Source: an uncultured Candidatus Rokubacteria bacterium
Lineage (GTDB): Bacteria > Methylomirabilota > Methylomirabilia > Rokubacteriales > DASRDR01
Reading direction: 5' to 3'
DNA: 64,000 nt
Assembly (NCBI GenBank): GCA_963826115.1
Contig: CAWGVS010000005.1
Span: 1,344,001 to 1,408,000 of the forward strand
Under the pieces are notes generated by a model, which had not been told where the DNA came from, searched no databases, and saw only the letters and a list, made by a program, of their open reading frames with translations. Both the position numbers and the translations under genes were made by a program. Of this stretch, positions 8,232-17,595 are shown piece by piece; position 1 is the stretch's first letter; each line of letters begins with the position of its first letter.

Positions 8232-10025
8232 ATGACGATTCGCGAGCGCGTCGAGCGCCTCAGGAAGGAGCTCGGCCAGGAAGCGCTCTCCGGCTTCCTC
8301 GTGCCCCGCTCCGACGAGCACCAGGGCGAGTACGTCCCGCCGCACGCCCAGCGCCTGGCGTGGCTCACCGGCTTCACGGGCTCCGCCGGCGTCGCCATCG
8401 TCCTGGCCGACGCGGCCGCGCTCTTCGTGGACGGGCGCTACACGCTCCAGGCGCGCGACGAGACGCCCGGCGACGTGTTCGAGCATCACCACGTGACGGA
8501 GAGCCCGCCCGCCGAGTGGCTCCGCCAGCGCCTCCGTTCGGGCGACCGGCTCGGTTACGATCCGTGGCTCCACACGATCGAGAGCGTCGAGCGCCTCCAG
8601 GCCGTGTGCGGCAAGGTCGGCGCGACGCTGGTCCCGGTCTCCGAGAATCTCGTCGACCGCGTCTGGGACGACCAGCCTCCGCCGCCGCGCGGCCCGATCG
8701 TCCCCCATGACCTGAAGCACGCCGGGCGTCCCGCCCCGGACAAGCAGCGGGAGCTGGGCGACCTCCTCACCCGGGACGGCGTCCACGCGGTGGTCCTCGC
8801 CGCTCCCGACTCGATCGCATGGCTCCTCAACGTCCGGGGAAGCGACGTCGACCACACGCCGTTGCCGCTCGCCTTCGCGGTGGCGCACCGCGACGCGAGC
8901 GTCGATCTCTACGTGGATCCGGCAAAGCTGACCCCGGGCCTCCGCGAGCACCTCGGGGACGGCGTCCGCGTCCATCCGCCGGAGGCCCTCGGCCCCGCCC
9001 TCGACCGTCTGGGCGCGGCCCGCCGGACGGTGCAGGTCGATCCGAGCTGGACGGCGGCGTGGATCATCCAGCGCCTCACCGGGTCGGGGGCGACGGTGGT
9101 CCGCGGGGCCGACCCGTGCCTCCTCCCCAAGGCCCTCAAGAACGACGTGGAGCTGGCGGGTGCGCGCAGCGCCCACGAGAAGGACGGCGTCGCGCTTTGC
9201 CGGTTCCTCGCCTGGCTGAGCCGCGTGGGGCCCGGGGGCCGCCTCACGGAGATCACGGCGGCGGAACGCCTGGATGCACTGCGGGCCGAGGAGTCGCTCT
9301 TCCGCGACGTGAGCTTCCCCACGATCTCCGGGGCAGGCCCGAACGGCGCCATCGTCCACTATCGCGCGACGCCCCGTACGGACCGCCGGATCGAGTCCGG
9401 GATGCTCTACCTGGTCGACTCCGGCGCGCAGTACCTCGACGGCACGACCGACGTGACCCGGACCGTCGCCGTCGGGCCGCCGACGGCGGAGCAGCGCGAC
9501 CGGTTCACGCGCGTCCTCCGCGGCCACATCGCGCTGGCGCTCGCGCGGTTCCCGAAGGGGACGACGGGGTCCCAGCTCGACGCGCTCGCGCGCGCGCCCC
9601 TCTGGGAAGCGGGCCTCGACTTCGACCACGGCACGGGCCACGGGGTCGGGAGCTACCTGTCCGTCCATGAGGGCCCGCAACGCATCTCGAAGATGGGGAA
9701 CTCGGTGGCGCTGAGTCCCGGGATGATCCTGTCCAACGAGCCCGGGTACTACAAGACCGGGGAATACGGAATCCGCATCGAGAGCCTCGTCGTGGTCACC
9801 CCGGTGCCGGCGCCGCCCGGCGGCGAGGTCACCCTCTACGGATTCGAGACGCTCACGCTCGCGCCCATCGACCGCGCGCTCGTCGAGCCGGAGCTCCTCG
9901 CCTCCGTCGAGCGCGCCTGGCTCGATGGCTACCACGCGCGCGTGCGGGACGTGATCGCGCCGCGAGTTGACCGCGAGACGGCGGACTGGCTCGAGGCGGC
10001 GACACGCCCGCTCGCCTCGCGCTGA
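8232..10025 (+). CDS. Aminopeptidase P (Xaa-Pro aminopeptidase, M24)
   Basis: 'DEHQGEY', 'GFTGSAG', 'DSGAQYLDGTTDVTRT', 'HGTGHGVG..L.VHEGP', 'NEPGYY', 'GIRIE'. Confidence 0.92.
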   Translation: MTIRERVERLRKELGQEALSGFLVPRSDEHQGEYVPPHAQRLAWLTGFTGSAGVAIVLADAAALFVDGRYTLQARDETPGDVFEHHHVTESPPAEWLRQRLRSGDRLGYDPWLHTIESVERLQAVCGKVGATLVPVSENLVDRVWDDQPPPPRGPIVPHDLKHAGRPAPDKQRELGDLLTRDGVHAVVLAAPDSIAWLLNVRGSDVDHTPLPLAFAVAHRDASVDLYVDPAKLTPGLREHLGDGVRVHPPEALGPALDRLGAARRTVQVDPSWTAAWIIQRLTGSGATVVRGADPCLLPKALKNDVELAGARSAHEKDGVALCRFLAWLSRVGPGGRLTEITAAERLDALRAEESLFRDVSFPTISGAGPNGAIVHYRATPRTDRRIESGMLYLVDSGAQYLDGTTDVTRTVAVGPPTAEQRDRFTRVLRGHIALALARFPKGTTGSQLDALARAPLWEAGLDFDHGTGHGVGSYLSVHEGPQRISKMGNSVALSPGMILSNEPGYYKTGEYGIRIESLVVVTPVPAPPGGEVTLYGFETLTLAPIDRALVEPELLASVERAWLDGYHARVRDVIAPRVDRETADWLEAATRPLASR

Positions 10026-10071
10026 CCCACCGCTCCGGATAGCCCACGCCCGGCCGGACCGGGCGCGCCCG

Positions 10072-10485
10072 TCAGTCGAGGCCCCAGGCGCGCACCCGGG
10101 AAGGCACGATCCGGAACAGCGCGCGGTCGGCGGGCATCGTCCGGCCGCTCCAGCGGCGCTCGAGATGCGGGTGGTACTTCTCCAGGAATCGCGTCACCCA
10201 CGCGCGCCGCTCGGGGCCGTCGGCCAGGAACTCCGCGCGGCCGTGAACCGTCACGCCGCGGATGACGCCCCCCGTGCCGCCCTCGGCCACGACGCTGACG
10301 CGCGGATCGCGGCCGAGGTTCCTCACCTTCTGGGTGTCGGCCACGCTCACCATCGCGAGGGCCACGGGATCGTGGGCGAACCACATCGGCATCGCCAGCG
10401 GCGCGCCGTCCGGCTGCACGGTCGCGAGCACGACGACCGTCTGTGTCGCAAGGAACCGCTGGATCCGCTCCTCGGCCAGGCTCAT
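10072..10485 (-). CDS. PPOX-class (FMN/F420-binding split-barrel) oxidoreductase
   Basis: AGGAG RBS; 'LATV.PDG.P...PMWF', 'KVRNL.RDPRVSV'. Confidence 0.8.
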   Translation of the reverse strand: MSLAEERIQRFLATQTVVVLATVQPDGAPLAMPMWFAHDPVALAMVSVADTQKVRNLGRDPRVSVVAEGGTGGVIRGVTVHGRAEFLADGPERRAWVTRFLEKYHPHLERRWSGRTMPADRALFRIVPSRVRAWGLD

Positions 10486-10530
10486 GCGGTCAACGCTCCT
10501 TTCGGCCCACCCTGAGGGCAGCGGCGGGTG

Positions 10531-11421
10531 TCAGTGTCCCGTGGGCCGCGGACTGGGCCGGGCCGCGGGCAGGACGATGACGGCCAGCCCGGCCAGGATG
10601 AGCGCCATCCCCGCGTAGCGCACCGGGCTGAAGACCTCGCGGAACACCAGGGCCGACGACAGGAGCCCCGCGCACGGCGCGACGAGGGCGAACGGCGCCA
10701 CCACGGCTGCCGGGTAGCGCTGGAGAAGGCTTCCCCAGGAGGCGTAGGCCACGATCGTGGCGGCGACACCCAGATAGGCGACCGCGCCGAGATTCCGCCA
10801 GGAGGCGCCCGCGATCGCGTCGAGGAGCGAGGGCGCGGGATCGATGGCCCACGACAGGAGGAGCGCGGGCACGGGCGGAACCAGGCTCGCCCAGACGACC
10901 AGCGGAAAGATCGGCGCGTGGGGCACGCGCTTCACCAGGATGTTGCCGATGGCCCAGCTGAAGGCCCCCGCCAGGGCCAGGCCGAGGGCCGCCGGCCGGA
11001 GGTCCGCGCCGGTGGTCAGCCCGACGAGTGCCAGGCCCGAGAAGGCGACGGCCATTCCCGCGCCCTGGCGGCGAGTGGGCACGTCCCGGAGGAACAGCGC
11101 CGCGAGCAGGACCGTGAAGAACGCCTGCATCTGCTGGCTCACCGAGGCGAGACCGGGCGGGAGCCCCATCGTGTACGCGAGGAACAGGAGCATGAACTGC
11201 CCCGCGAACAGGGTGAGCCCGATCAACCCGATCGACGACCACGGCATCGGGGGCCGCGGCACCAGCAGCGCCGGCACGCACGCGACCAGGAACCGGAGCG
11301 CCAGGAGCTGCGAGGCCGAGAAGCTCTCCAGCGCGAACTTGACGGCGACGAACGCGAGCCCCCAGATCGTCGAGGTGGCCACGGCCAGGCACGCGTCGGA
11401 GGTCCTCATCCCGGCCGCCAT
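10531..11421 (-). CDS. EamA/DMT family transporter (start possibly 11409)
   Basis: 'IWGLAFVAVK', 'LRF', 'APFALVAP'; about 10 TM segments. Confidence 0.85.
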   Translation of the reverse strand: MAAGMRTSDACLAVATSTIWGLAFVAVKFALESFSASQLLALRFLVACVPALLVPRPPMPWSSIGLIGLTLFAGQFMLLFLAYTMGLPPGLASVSQQMQAFFTVLLAALFLRDVPTRRQGAGMAVAFSGLALVGLTTGADLRPAALGLALAGAFSWAIGNILVKRVPHAPIFPLVVWASLVPPVPALLLSWAIDPAPSLLDAIAGASWRNLGAVAYLGVAATIVAYASWGSLLQRYPAAVVAPFALVAPCAGLLSSALVFREVFSPVRYAGMALILAGLAVIVLPAARPSPRPTGH

Positions 11422-11439
11422 CGAAGGATGCGCCGGCGC

Positions 11440-11958
11440 TCAGAACACGCGGAAGATCGCGAGCCACGCGCGGAGGACCATCGTCCATCCGGGGCTCCCC
11501 GCGCGCACGTTCGAGCCGGGAGCCTCGACCCCCGCGAGGATCCGGCTCCACGGGACTGCGGCGTCGCGCGTCGCCCCGCGGAGCGCGAACCCGATCTCGA
11601 CCCGCGCCTGCGACTCGAGCCGGCCGAGAGCGTACACGCGCACGTCGTCCTCGTCCCAGACGCGGACGGGGCGGTCGATCTTTCCGTAGTTGCGCACCTT
11701 GACCGGCAGCATGGCGGTGGCCACCACGTCGCGCCGGAGGCGCACGACCACCTCGTCCTGGGTCTCGGCGCCGCTGTTCCCCACCTCGAGGCGATAGAGG
11801 AACGTACACCCGTCCTTGCCGCACGCGACGAGCGGAGGCTCCTGCTGGTAGAGGATCTCGCGGGACGGCTGGCCGAAGATCGACACGCCGCCCGCGACGA
11901 GCGCCAGGACGCCCGCGGCCACCAGCGCCCGGCGGCACCAGCGCGCCCAGTCGAGCAC
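11440..11958 (-). CDS. Hypothetical membrane-anchored or secreted protein
   Basis: GTG 7 nt after TGGTACTCT; signal anchor 'RRALVAAGVLALVAGG', beta-rich body, hydrophobic C-terminal helix. Confidence 0.55.
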   Translation of the reverse strand: MLDWARWCRRALVAAGVLALVAGGVSIFGQPSREILYQQEPPLVACGKDGCTFLYRLEVGNSGAETQDEVVVRLRRDVVATAMLPVKVRNYGKIDRPVRVWDEDDVRVYALGRLESQARVEIGFALRGATRDAAVPWSRILAGVEAPGSNVRAGSPGWTMVLRAWLAIFRVF

Positions 11959-12056
11959 GGCGCCGAGAGTACCACGCGCCCTCGCGGGGACCCTCGGGTC
12001 ACGGCACGGATGGGGCTTGTCCGCATCCACGTCCTCGGTCAGACTGACCTTCTCGC

Positions 12057-12389
12057 ATGACGACGACGGGCGGTCCAGCCATCGTGCTCCTCGCGAAGCT
12101 CTTCGTGCACCCGGGCCGGATCGCCGAGTTCCGCCGCTTCGAGACCGAGGCTTCCCGCATCATGCGCCGCCACGGCGGGCGGATCGAGCGCGTCATCCGC
12201 CCGACCGGCCCGGGCGACGACCTCCCGCACGAGATCCACGTCGTCTCCTTCACGAGCGCCGCGGGATTCGAGGCCTACCGGGCCGACCCCGAGCTCGCGG
12301 GGCTGGCGACGCTCCGGGCATCCGCGATCGCCCGGACCGAGGTCACGATGGGCACCGACGGCGATCCGTATCCGGACGGCTCGGCATGA
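12057..12389 (+). CDS. DUF1330-like dimeric alpha/beta barrel protein
   Basis: 'RHGGRIE', 'EIHVVSF.S..GFEAYRADP'; stop overlaps the next start (ATGA). Confidence 0.6.
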   Translation: MTTTGGPAIVLLAKLFVHPGRIAEFRRFETEASRIMRRHGGRIERVIRPTGPGDDLPHEIHVVSFTSAAGFEAYRADPELAGLATLRASAIARTEVTMGTDGDPYPDGSA

Positions 12390-13159
12390 GCGCGCCGAAG
12401 GGACGGCTCGCCGGCAAGGTCGCCATCGTCACCGGCGGCGCTTCCGGCATCGGGCGGGCCACGTGCCGCCTGTTCGCCCGCGAGGGCGCGGCCACGCTCG
12501 TCACGGACGTCGAGGAAGCGGGTGGCCGCCGGGTCGCCGAGGAGATCGCGCGCGAGGGCGGGCGCGCGTGGTTCCAGCGCCTCGACGCGACGCGCGAGGC
12601 CGACTGGATCGAGGCCGTCGACCGCATCGTCCGGGAGCACGGACGCCTCGACGTCCTCGTCAACAACGCCGGGCGCGGGGGCCTCCCTGCCCGCGTGGCC
12701 GCCGAGCACGTGGCGCTGAGCGACTGGGAGCTGATCATGGCCGCGAACGCGACCAGCGTGCTCCTGGGCACCAAGCACGCCATCCCGGCGATGCGGCGGA
12801 CCGGTGGCGGCTCGATCGTGAACGTCGTGTCCATCTACGCGATGGTCGGCAGCCGCGGCGGCGCCTCCTATCACGCCTCGAAGGGCGCCGCGCGCGCGCT
12901 CACGCGCGCGGCGGCCATCCAGTACGCCGGGGAGGGCATCCGGATCAACGCCGTCTTCCCGGGCTTCGTCGACACCGGCATGACGGCGGAGCTCCACGCG
13001 CGGCCCGGCGTCCGCGAGGAGCGCGTGGCGCTGACCCCCATCGGCCGGATCGGCGAGCCCGAGGACATCGCGCCCGGCATCCTCTACCTGGCGTCGGACG
13101 AGGCGCGCTTCGTGACCGGGTCCGAGCTCGTGATCGACGGAGGCATGACGGCCCGGTGA
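12386..13159 (+). CDS. Short-chain dehydrogenase/reductase
   Basis: 'TGGASGIG', 'NNAG', 'YHASK', 'PG.VDT', 'VTG.EL.IDGG'. Confidence 0.92.
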   Translation: MSAPKGRLAGKVAIVTGGASGIGRATCRLFAREGAATLVTDVEEAGGRRVAEEIAREGGRAWFQRLDATREADWIEAVDRIVREHGRLDVLVNNAGRGGLPARVAAEHVALSDWELIMAANATSVLLGTKHAIPAMRRTGGGSIVNVVSIYAMVGSRGGASYHASKGAARALTRAAAIQYAGEGIRINAVFPGFVDTGMTAELHARPGVREERVALTPIGRIGEPEDIAPGILYLASDEARFVTGSELVIDGGMTAR

Positions 13160-13935
13160 GCGGCGACGAGATCCTGGTCGCGCGGGACGGGGCGATCGTC
13201 ACCCTGACCTTCAACCGGCCGGCCGCGCGCAACGCGCTCACGTGGCGCATGTACGAGGGGCTCACGCGCGTCTGCGAGGAGGTCGACGCCGACGACGCGG
13301 TCCGCGTCCTGGTGCTCCGGGGGGCGGGCGGTCAGGCGTTCGTGGCGGGCACCGACATCTCGCAGTTCCAGGCCTTCGCGGGTGCCCCGGACGGCGTCGC
13401 CTACGAGCGTGACGGCGATCGGCGCCTGGGCCGCCTCGAGGCGGTCCGGAAGCCGGTCATCGCGGCCATCCAGGGCTTCGCGGTCGGCGCCGGCCTCCGG
13501 ATCGCCGCGGCGTGCGACCTCCGGATCGCGACGCCGGACTCCCGGTTCGGCGCGCCGATCGCGCGCACTCTCGGGAACTGCCTGTCCGCGGAAGCGTACG
13601 CCCGCCTGGTCGACCTCATCGGACCTTCGCGGGTGACGGGGCTCCTCTTCACGGCGACGCTCCTGCCGGCCCCGGAGGCCCACGCCGCGGGCTTCGTCCA
13701 CGAGCTCGTCCCCGCGGAGTCGTTCGACGCCCGCGTCCGGGCGCTCGCCGAGGAGATCGCCGGCCACGCGCCCATCACGCTCCGTGTCACCAAGGAAGCG
13801 ATCCGGCGGATCCGGGCCTCCCGCCCGGTGCCGGACATCGAGGACCTCATCGTCGAGACCTACGGGAGCGCGGACTTCCACGAAGGCGTCCGCGCGTTCA
13901 TCGAGAAGCGCACCCCAGAGTGGAGAGGTCGCTGA
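13156..13935 (+). CDS. Enoyl-CoA hydratase/isomerase family protein
   Basis: GTGA overlap; 'TFNRPAARNAL', 'FVAGTDI', 'KPVIAAI.G.AVG.G', 'D..EGVRAF.EKR.P.W'. Confidence 0.88.
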   Translation: MSGDEILVARDGAIVTLTFNRPAARNALTWRMYEGLTRVCEEVDADDAVRVLVLRGAGGQAFVAGTDISQFQAFAGAPDGVAYERDGDRRLGRLEAVRKPVIAAIQGFAVGAGLRIAAACDLRIATPDSRFGAPIARTLGNCLSAEAYARLVDLIGPSRVTGLLFTATLLPAPEAHAAGFVHELVPAESFDARVRALAEEIAGHAPITLRVTKEAIRRIRASRPVPDIEDLIVETYGSADFHEGVRAFIEKRTPEWRGR

Positions 13936-13937
13936 GC

Positions 13938-15587
13938 ATGACAACGCCGCAAGCCGCGCCGACGCCCCACGAGACCTACGCCAGCCGATTCAGCTTCCGG
14001 CCCGTCGCCCTCGGGCGCCGTGGCATGGTGGCGAGCGCGAACCCGCTCGCCACCCTCGCCGGCCTCAAGATCCTGGCTCGTGGCGGCAACGCCGTCGACG
14101 CGCTGGTAGCCACCGCGGCCGCGATCGGCGTCGCCGAGCCGTACATGTCGGGCCTCGCCGGATGCGGCGTGCTGGTCCTCACCCGTCCGGGCCATCGTCC
14201 CAAGGTGCTGAACTTCCTCGGGCGCGCGCCGTCGGGCACGACCCGCGAGAAGATGCACGGCGCGAACCACACGAGCGGCCCGCTCTCCGTCGCGGTGCCC
14301 GGCAACCTCGCCGGCTGGGCGCGGGTCCTCGCCGACCACGGGACCCTCCCCCTCGCCGAGGTCCTCGAGCCCGCCGCCGAGCTGGCGGAGGCCGGTCCGC
14401 CGCTCACGCCCTTCGACCAGAAGATGTTCGACGAGCACCTCACGCACCTCGACGCCGAGGCCGGGCGGAACTACCTCCGCGGCGGGCGCACGCCCGCCGT
14501 CGGGACACCGCTCGCCCAGCCGAACCTCGCCGCCTCGTTCCGACGGATCGGCCGCGAGGGCATCGACGTCGTGTACGGCGGGGCGCTCGGCGACGGGATC
14601 GCGGGCGCGCTCGGCGGCCTCATGACCAAGAATGACCTCCAGTCGTACCCGGAGCGCCTCCGGTGGGACGAGCCGCTCAGCACGACGTACCGCGACGTCG
14701 AGGTGTTCGCCCCGCCCCCGCCGTCCAGCGGCTCCCAGGTCCTCCAGACGCTGAACGGCATGGGCGGCTGGGACGTGGGCTCGCTCGCCCACCTCGGACC
14801 GGACCACCTGGCCGTCATCGCGGAGGCCGCGCGCGTGGCCCGCATGGACACGCACCGCCACATCGGCGACCCGGACGTGGTGGCGGTGCCGACCGAGCGC
14901 CTCATGAGCCAGGCGCGAACCGAGGAGATCCGGGCCGAGATGCGGGCGCGCCTCGACGCGTCGCGCCGCCCCGTCGCCGTGGCGGGCGGGAGCGGCGGGG
15001 ACAGCGGGGCGTCCACGACGCACCTCGCGGCGATGGACGCGAGCGGCCTCGCGGTCAACGTCACCCAGAGCCTCGGCAACGGCTTCGGGAGCGGGATCGT
15101 CGTCCCCGGCACGGGGATCTGCCTCAACAACGCGCTCCACTGGACCAGCACCGACCCCGGCCATCCGAACGTCGTCCAGCCGGGGAAGCGCCACGAGTGG
15201 CCGGTGGCGCCCATCCACCTGTTCCGCGGGGGCAAGCTCTGGGGGACGGTCGGCACGCCGGGGAGCTACGGGATCCTCGTCACGACGGTGCAGGTCATCT
15301 GCAACCTGATCGACTTCGGCCTGAGCGTCCAGGACGCGATCGGCGCGCCCCGGCTCCGGTGGCTCGACGAGGCGATCGACCGGCTCCCGGCGGAGACGCT
15401 CCGGATCGAGTCGCGGGTCCCCGAGGCGACGCGCCGGGCGCTCGCCGCGCGCGGCTACGCGATGGAGGTCATGGGGGCCTGGTCGATGCGGGTCGGCGGC
15501 GTCCAGGCGATCCTCCGCGACGAGGCGTCGGGCTGGCTCATGGGCGGCGCCGATCCCCGCCGGAACGGCTACGCGATGGGCTGGTGA
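13938..15587 (+). CDS. Gamma-glutamyltransferase family (Ntn) amidohydrolase
   Basis: 'GGNAVDA', 'AVPG', autoproteolytic 'STTH', 'TQSLG..FGSG', 'GADPRR.G'. Confidence 0.88.
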   Translation: MTTPQAAPTPHETYASRFSFRPVALGRRGMVASANPLATLAGLKILARGGNAVDALVATAAAIGVAEPYMSGLAGCGVLVLTRPGHRPKVLNFLGRAPSGTTREKMHGANHTSGPLSVAVPGNLAGWARVLADHGTLPLAEVLEPAAELAEAGPPLTPFDQKMFDEHLTHLDAEAGRNYLRGGRTPAVGTPLAQPNLAASFRRIGREGIDVVYGGALGDGIAGALGGLMTKNDLQSYPERLRWDEPLSTTYRDVEVFAPPPPSSGSQVLQTLNGMGGWDVGSLAHLGPDHLAVIAEAARVARMDTHRHIGDPDVVAVPTERLMSQARTEEIRAEMRARLDASRRPVAVAGGSGGDSGASTTHLAAMDASGLAVNVTQSLGNGFGSGIVVPGTGICLNNALHWTSTDPGHPNVVQPGKRHEWPVAPIHLFRGGKLWGTVGTPGSYGILVTTVQVICNLIDFGLSVQDAIGAPRLRWLDEAIDRLPAETLRIESRVPEATRRALAARGYAMEVMGAWSMRVGGVQAILRDEASGWLMGGADPRRNGYAMGW

Positions 15588-15634
15588 CCGGGCGTGACGC
15601 GACGGTCGGCCATGCCCACGGAGAGGACCGCGTC

Positions 15635-16597
15635 ATGAAGGCGATCCGCGTCCACGAGTTCGGCGGGCCCGAGGTGCTGAGGCTCGAGGACGTGCCTCGG
15701 CCGGAGCCCGAGGCCGGGCAGGTCCTGGTGCGGGTCAGGGCCACGGGCGTCAATCCCTTTGACACGTACATGCGGAACGGCACCTACGCGATCAAGCCAC
15801 CGCTCCCCTACACGCCGGGGAGCGACGCCTCGGGCACCGTCGAGGCGATCGGCGACGGCGTGACGCGGCTCAAGCGGGGCGACCGCGTGTACACCGCCAA
15901 CACCGTGACCGGGGCGTACGCGGAGTACGCGGTCGCGCGGGAGTCCCAGGTGCAGCCGCTGCCGGACCGGGCCGAGTTCTCCCAGGGCGCCGGGCTCTGG
16001 GTCCCGTACGGCACCGCGTACCACGCGCTCCGCCACCACGCGGACGCGCGCGGCGGCGAGACCGTGCTGGTCCACGGCGCGAGCGGCGGCGTCGGGCTGG
16101 CGTCCGTCCAGATCGCCCGGGCGCTCGGGCTCGTCGTCTTCGGCACCGGCGGCACGCCCCAGGGCCTCGACCTCGTCCGGCGCGAGGGGGCCCACGAGGC
16201 CTTCGACCACCGCGCCGCCGGCTACCAGGACGCGATCCTCCGCGCCACCGGCGGCCGGGGCGTGGACGTCGTCCTGGAGATGCTCGCCAACGTGAACCTG
16301 GGGGCGGACCTGAAGCTCCTGGCCCCGCGGGGGCGGGTCGTGGTCGTCGGGAGCCGGGGCGACGTCACCATCACCCCGCGCGATCTGATGATCCGCCGGG
16401 CCTCCGTCCGGGCCTTCACGCTCTGGAGCATCAGCGAGGCCGAGGAGCGCGAGGTTCACGCCGCGATCTTCACGGGTCTCGAAAACGGGACCCTCAGACC
16501 GGTGGTGGGCAAGGAGCTCCCGCTGGCCGAGGCTCAGCAGGCGCACCGGGACATCCTGGCGCCCGGCGCCTTCGGCAAGATCGTTCTCGTTCCCTGA
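15635..16597 (+). CDS. NADPH:quinone reductase (zeta-crystallin-like MDR)
   Basis: 'MKAIRVHEFGGPEVL', 'PYTPG.D', 'VHGASGGVG', 'GKIVL'. Confidence 0.9.
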   Translation: MKAIRVHEFGGPEVLRLEDVPRPEPEAGQVLVRVRATGVNPFDTYMRNGTYAIKPPLPYTPGSDASGTVEAIGDGVTRLKRGDRVYTANTVTGAYAEYAVARESQVQPLPDRAEFSQGAGLWVPYGTAYHALRHHADARGGETVLVHGASGGVGLASVQIARALGLVVFGTGGTPQGLDLVRREGAHEAFDHRAAGYQDAILRATGGRGVDVVLEMLANVNLGADLKLLAPRGRVVVVGSRGDVTITPRDLMIRRASVRAFTLWSISEAEEREVHAAIFTGLENGTLRPVVGKELPLAEAQQAHRDILAPGAFGKIVLVP

Positions 16598-16660
16598 TCG
16601 GCTCGCCGCCCCTGGGCGACGGTGCCGGTGCCGTCGCGGCGCCCGTGACGGCGGCAAGCG

Positions 16661-17048
16661 TCAGAACATCGTATTGCCGTGGGCCGACTCCGCCGGAACG
16701 ATCTGCAGGACATCCCAGTGCTCGACGATCTTGCCGCGCTCGTCGAAGCGGAAGATGTCCATCCCCGCCCAGTCGGGTCCACCAGGCCATTCCTGGTGGC
16801 AGTGGAGCACCACGTACGGCTCCCTCGGCGACGACGCGCTTCACGTGTACCCGCTTGCTCGGGTACTCCTTCGCCATCTCCTTGAAGAAGCGGATGAACG
16901 CCTCCTTGCCGTCGGCCACCCCGGGGTTGTGCTGGACGTACGTGTCGCCCACGTACCTCCGGACGGCTTCAGCCGGCTTCCCCTGGTTGAACATGAGGTC
17001 GTAGAAGACGATGGCGCTCTGCTTGTTGCGCTCGAGCTGCTCGCTCAT
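16661..17048 (-). pseudogene. SnoaL/NTF2-like protein with a +1 frameshift near 16817-16825 (or sequencing indel)
   Basis: Frame 1 reads 'YVQHNPGVADGKEAF...VAEG'; the shifted frame continues '[33 protein letters not shown]...NTMF*'; span 388 nt = 3n+1. Confidence 0.85.
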
Positions 17049-17575
17049 CGCGACGCCTCCTCCTCGTTCGTCCCCGCGGCGGGCTCGCGGGACGCGTCGA
17101 CCAGACGGCCGCCCGTGACCGCGAGGAGATCGTCGAGTCTCACCTCGAGATCCATCCCGCGCACGCCCGCGCTCACGTGGACTCGCTCCCAGTCCCCCGC
17201 GCGCCCGTCGACCAGGACGTCGAAGGCGCCGGCCCGCACCGCCAGCGCGGAGATCCCGCCGACCTTGAGCCCGGTGAGGCGCTCGGCCTCCCGCTGGCTC
17301 GCCATGCGGAGCCGCTTCTCCCCGAGCGCCTGGCCGAGCCGCTTCAGATCGACCTGACGGTCGGAGGGCACGAGGACGAGGAGCGGCTTCGCCCGACCGG
17401 GCGCGTCCCGCAGGACGACCAGCGTCTTCAGGACCGAGGGCGCCGGCACGCCGAGGAGCGCCGCGGCCTCGTCCGCCGAGTGGAACGCGCCCTCGGCGTC
17501 GTAGACGCGCACGCGGTGCTCGACGCCGCGCGACTCGAGGAGCCGCGCGGCGTTGGTCTTCGGGACGCTCGCCAT
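17045..17575 (-). CDS. ybaK: YbaK-family aminoacyl-tRNA deacylase
   Basis: 'KTNAARLL', 'KTLV', 'AERLTG..VGGIS', 'VSAG.RG'. Confidence 0.85.
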   Translation of the reverse strand: MASVPKTNAARLLESRGVEHRVRVYDAEGAFHSADEAAALLGVPAPSVLKTLVVLRDAPGRAKPLLVLVPSDRQVDLKRLGQALGEKRLRMASQREAERLTGLKVGGISALAVRAGAFDVLVDGRAGDWERVHVSAGVRGMDLEVRLDDLLAVTGGRLVDASREPAAGTNEEEASR

Positions 17576-17595
17576 CCCCGGGGCCTCCCGGGCGG

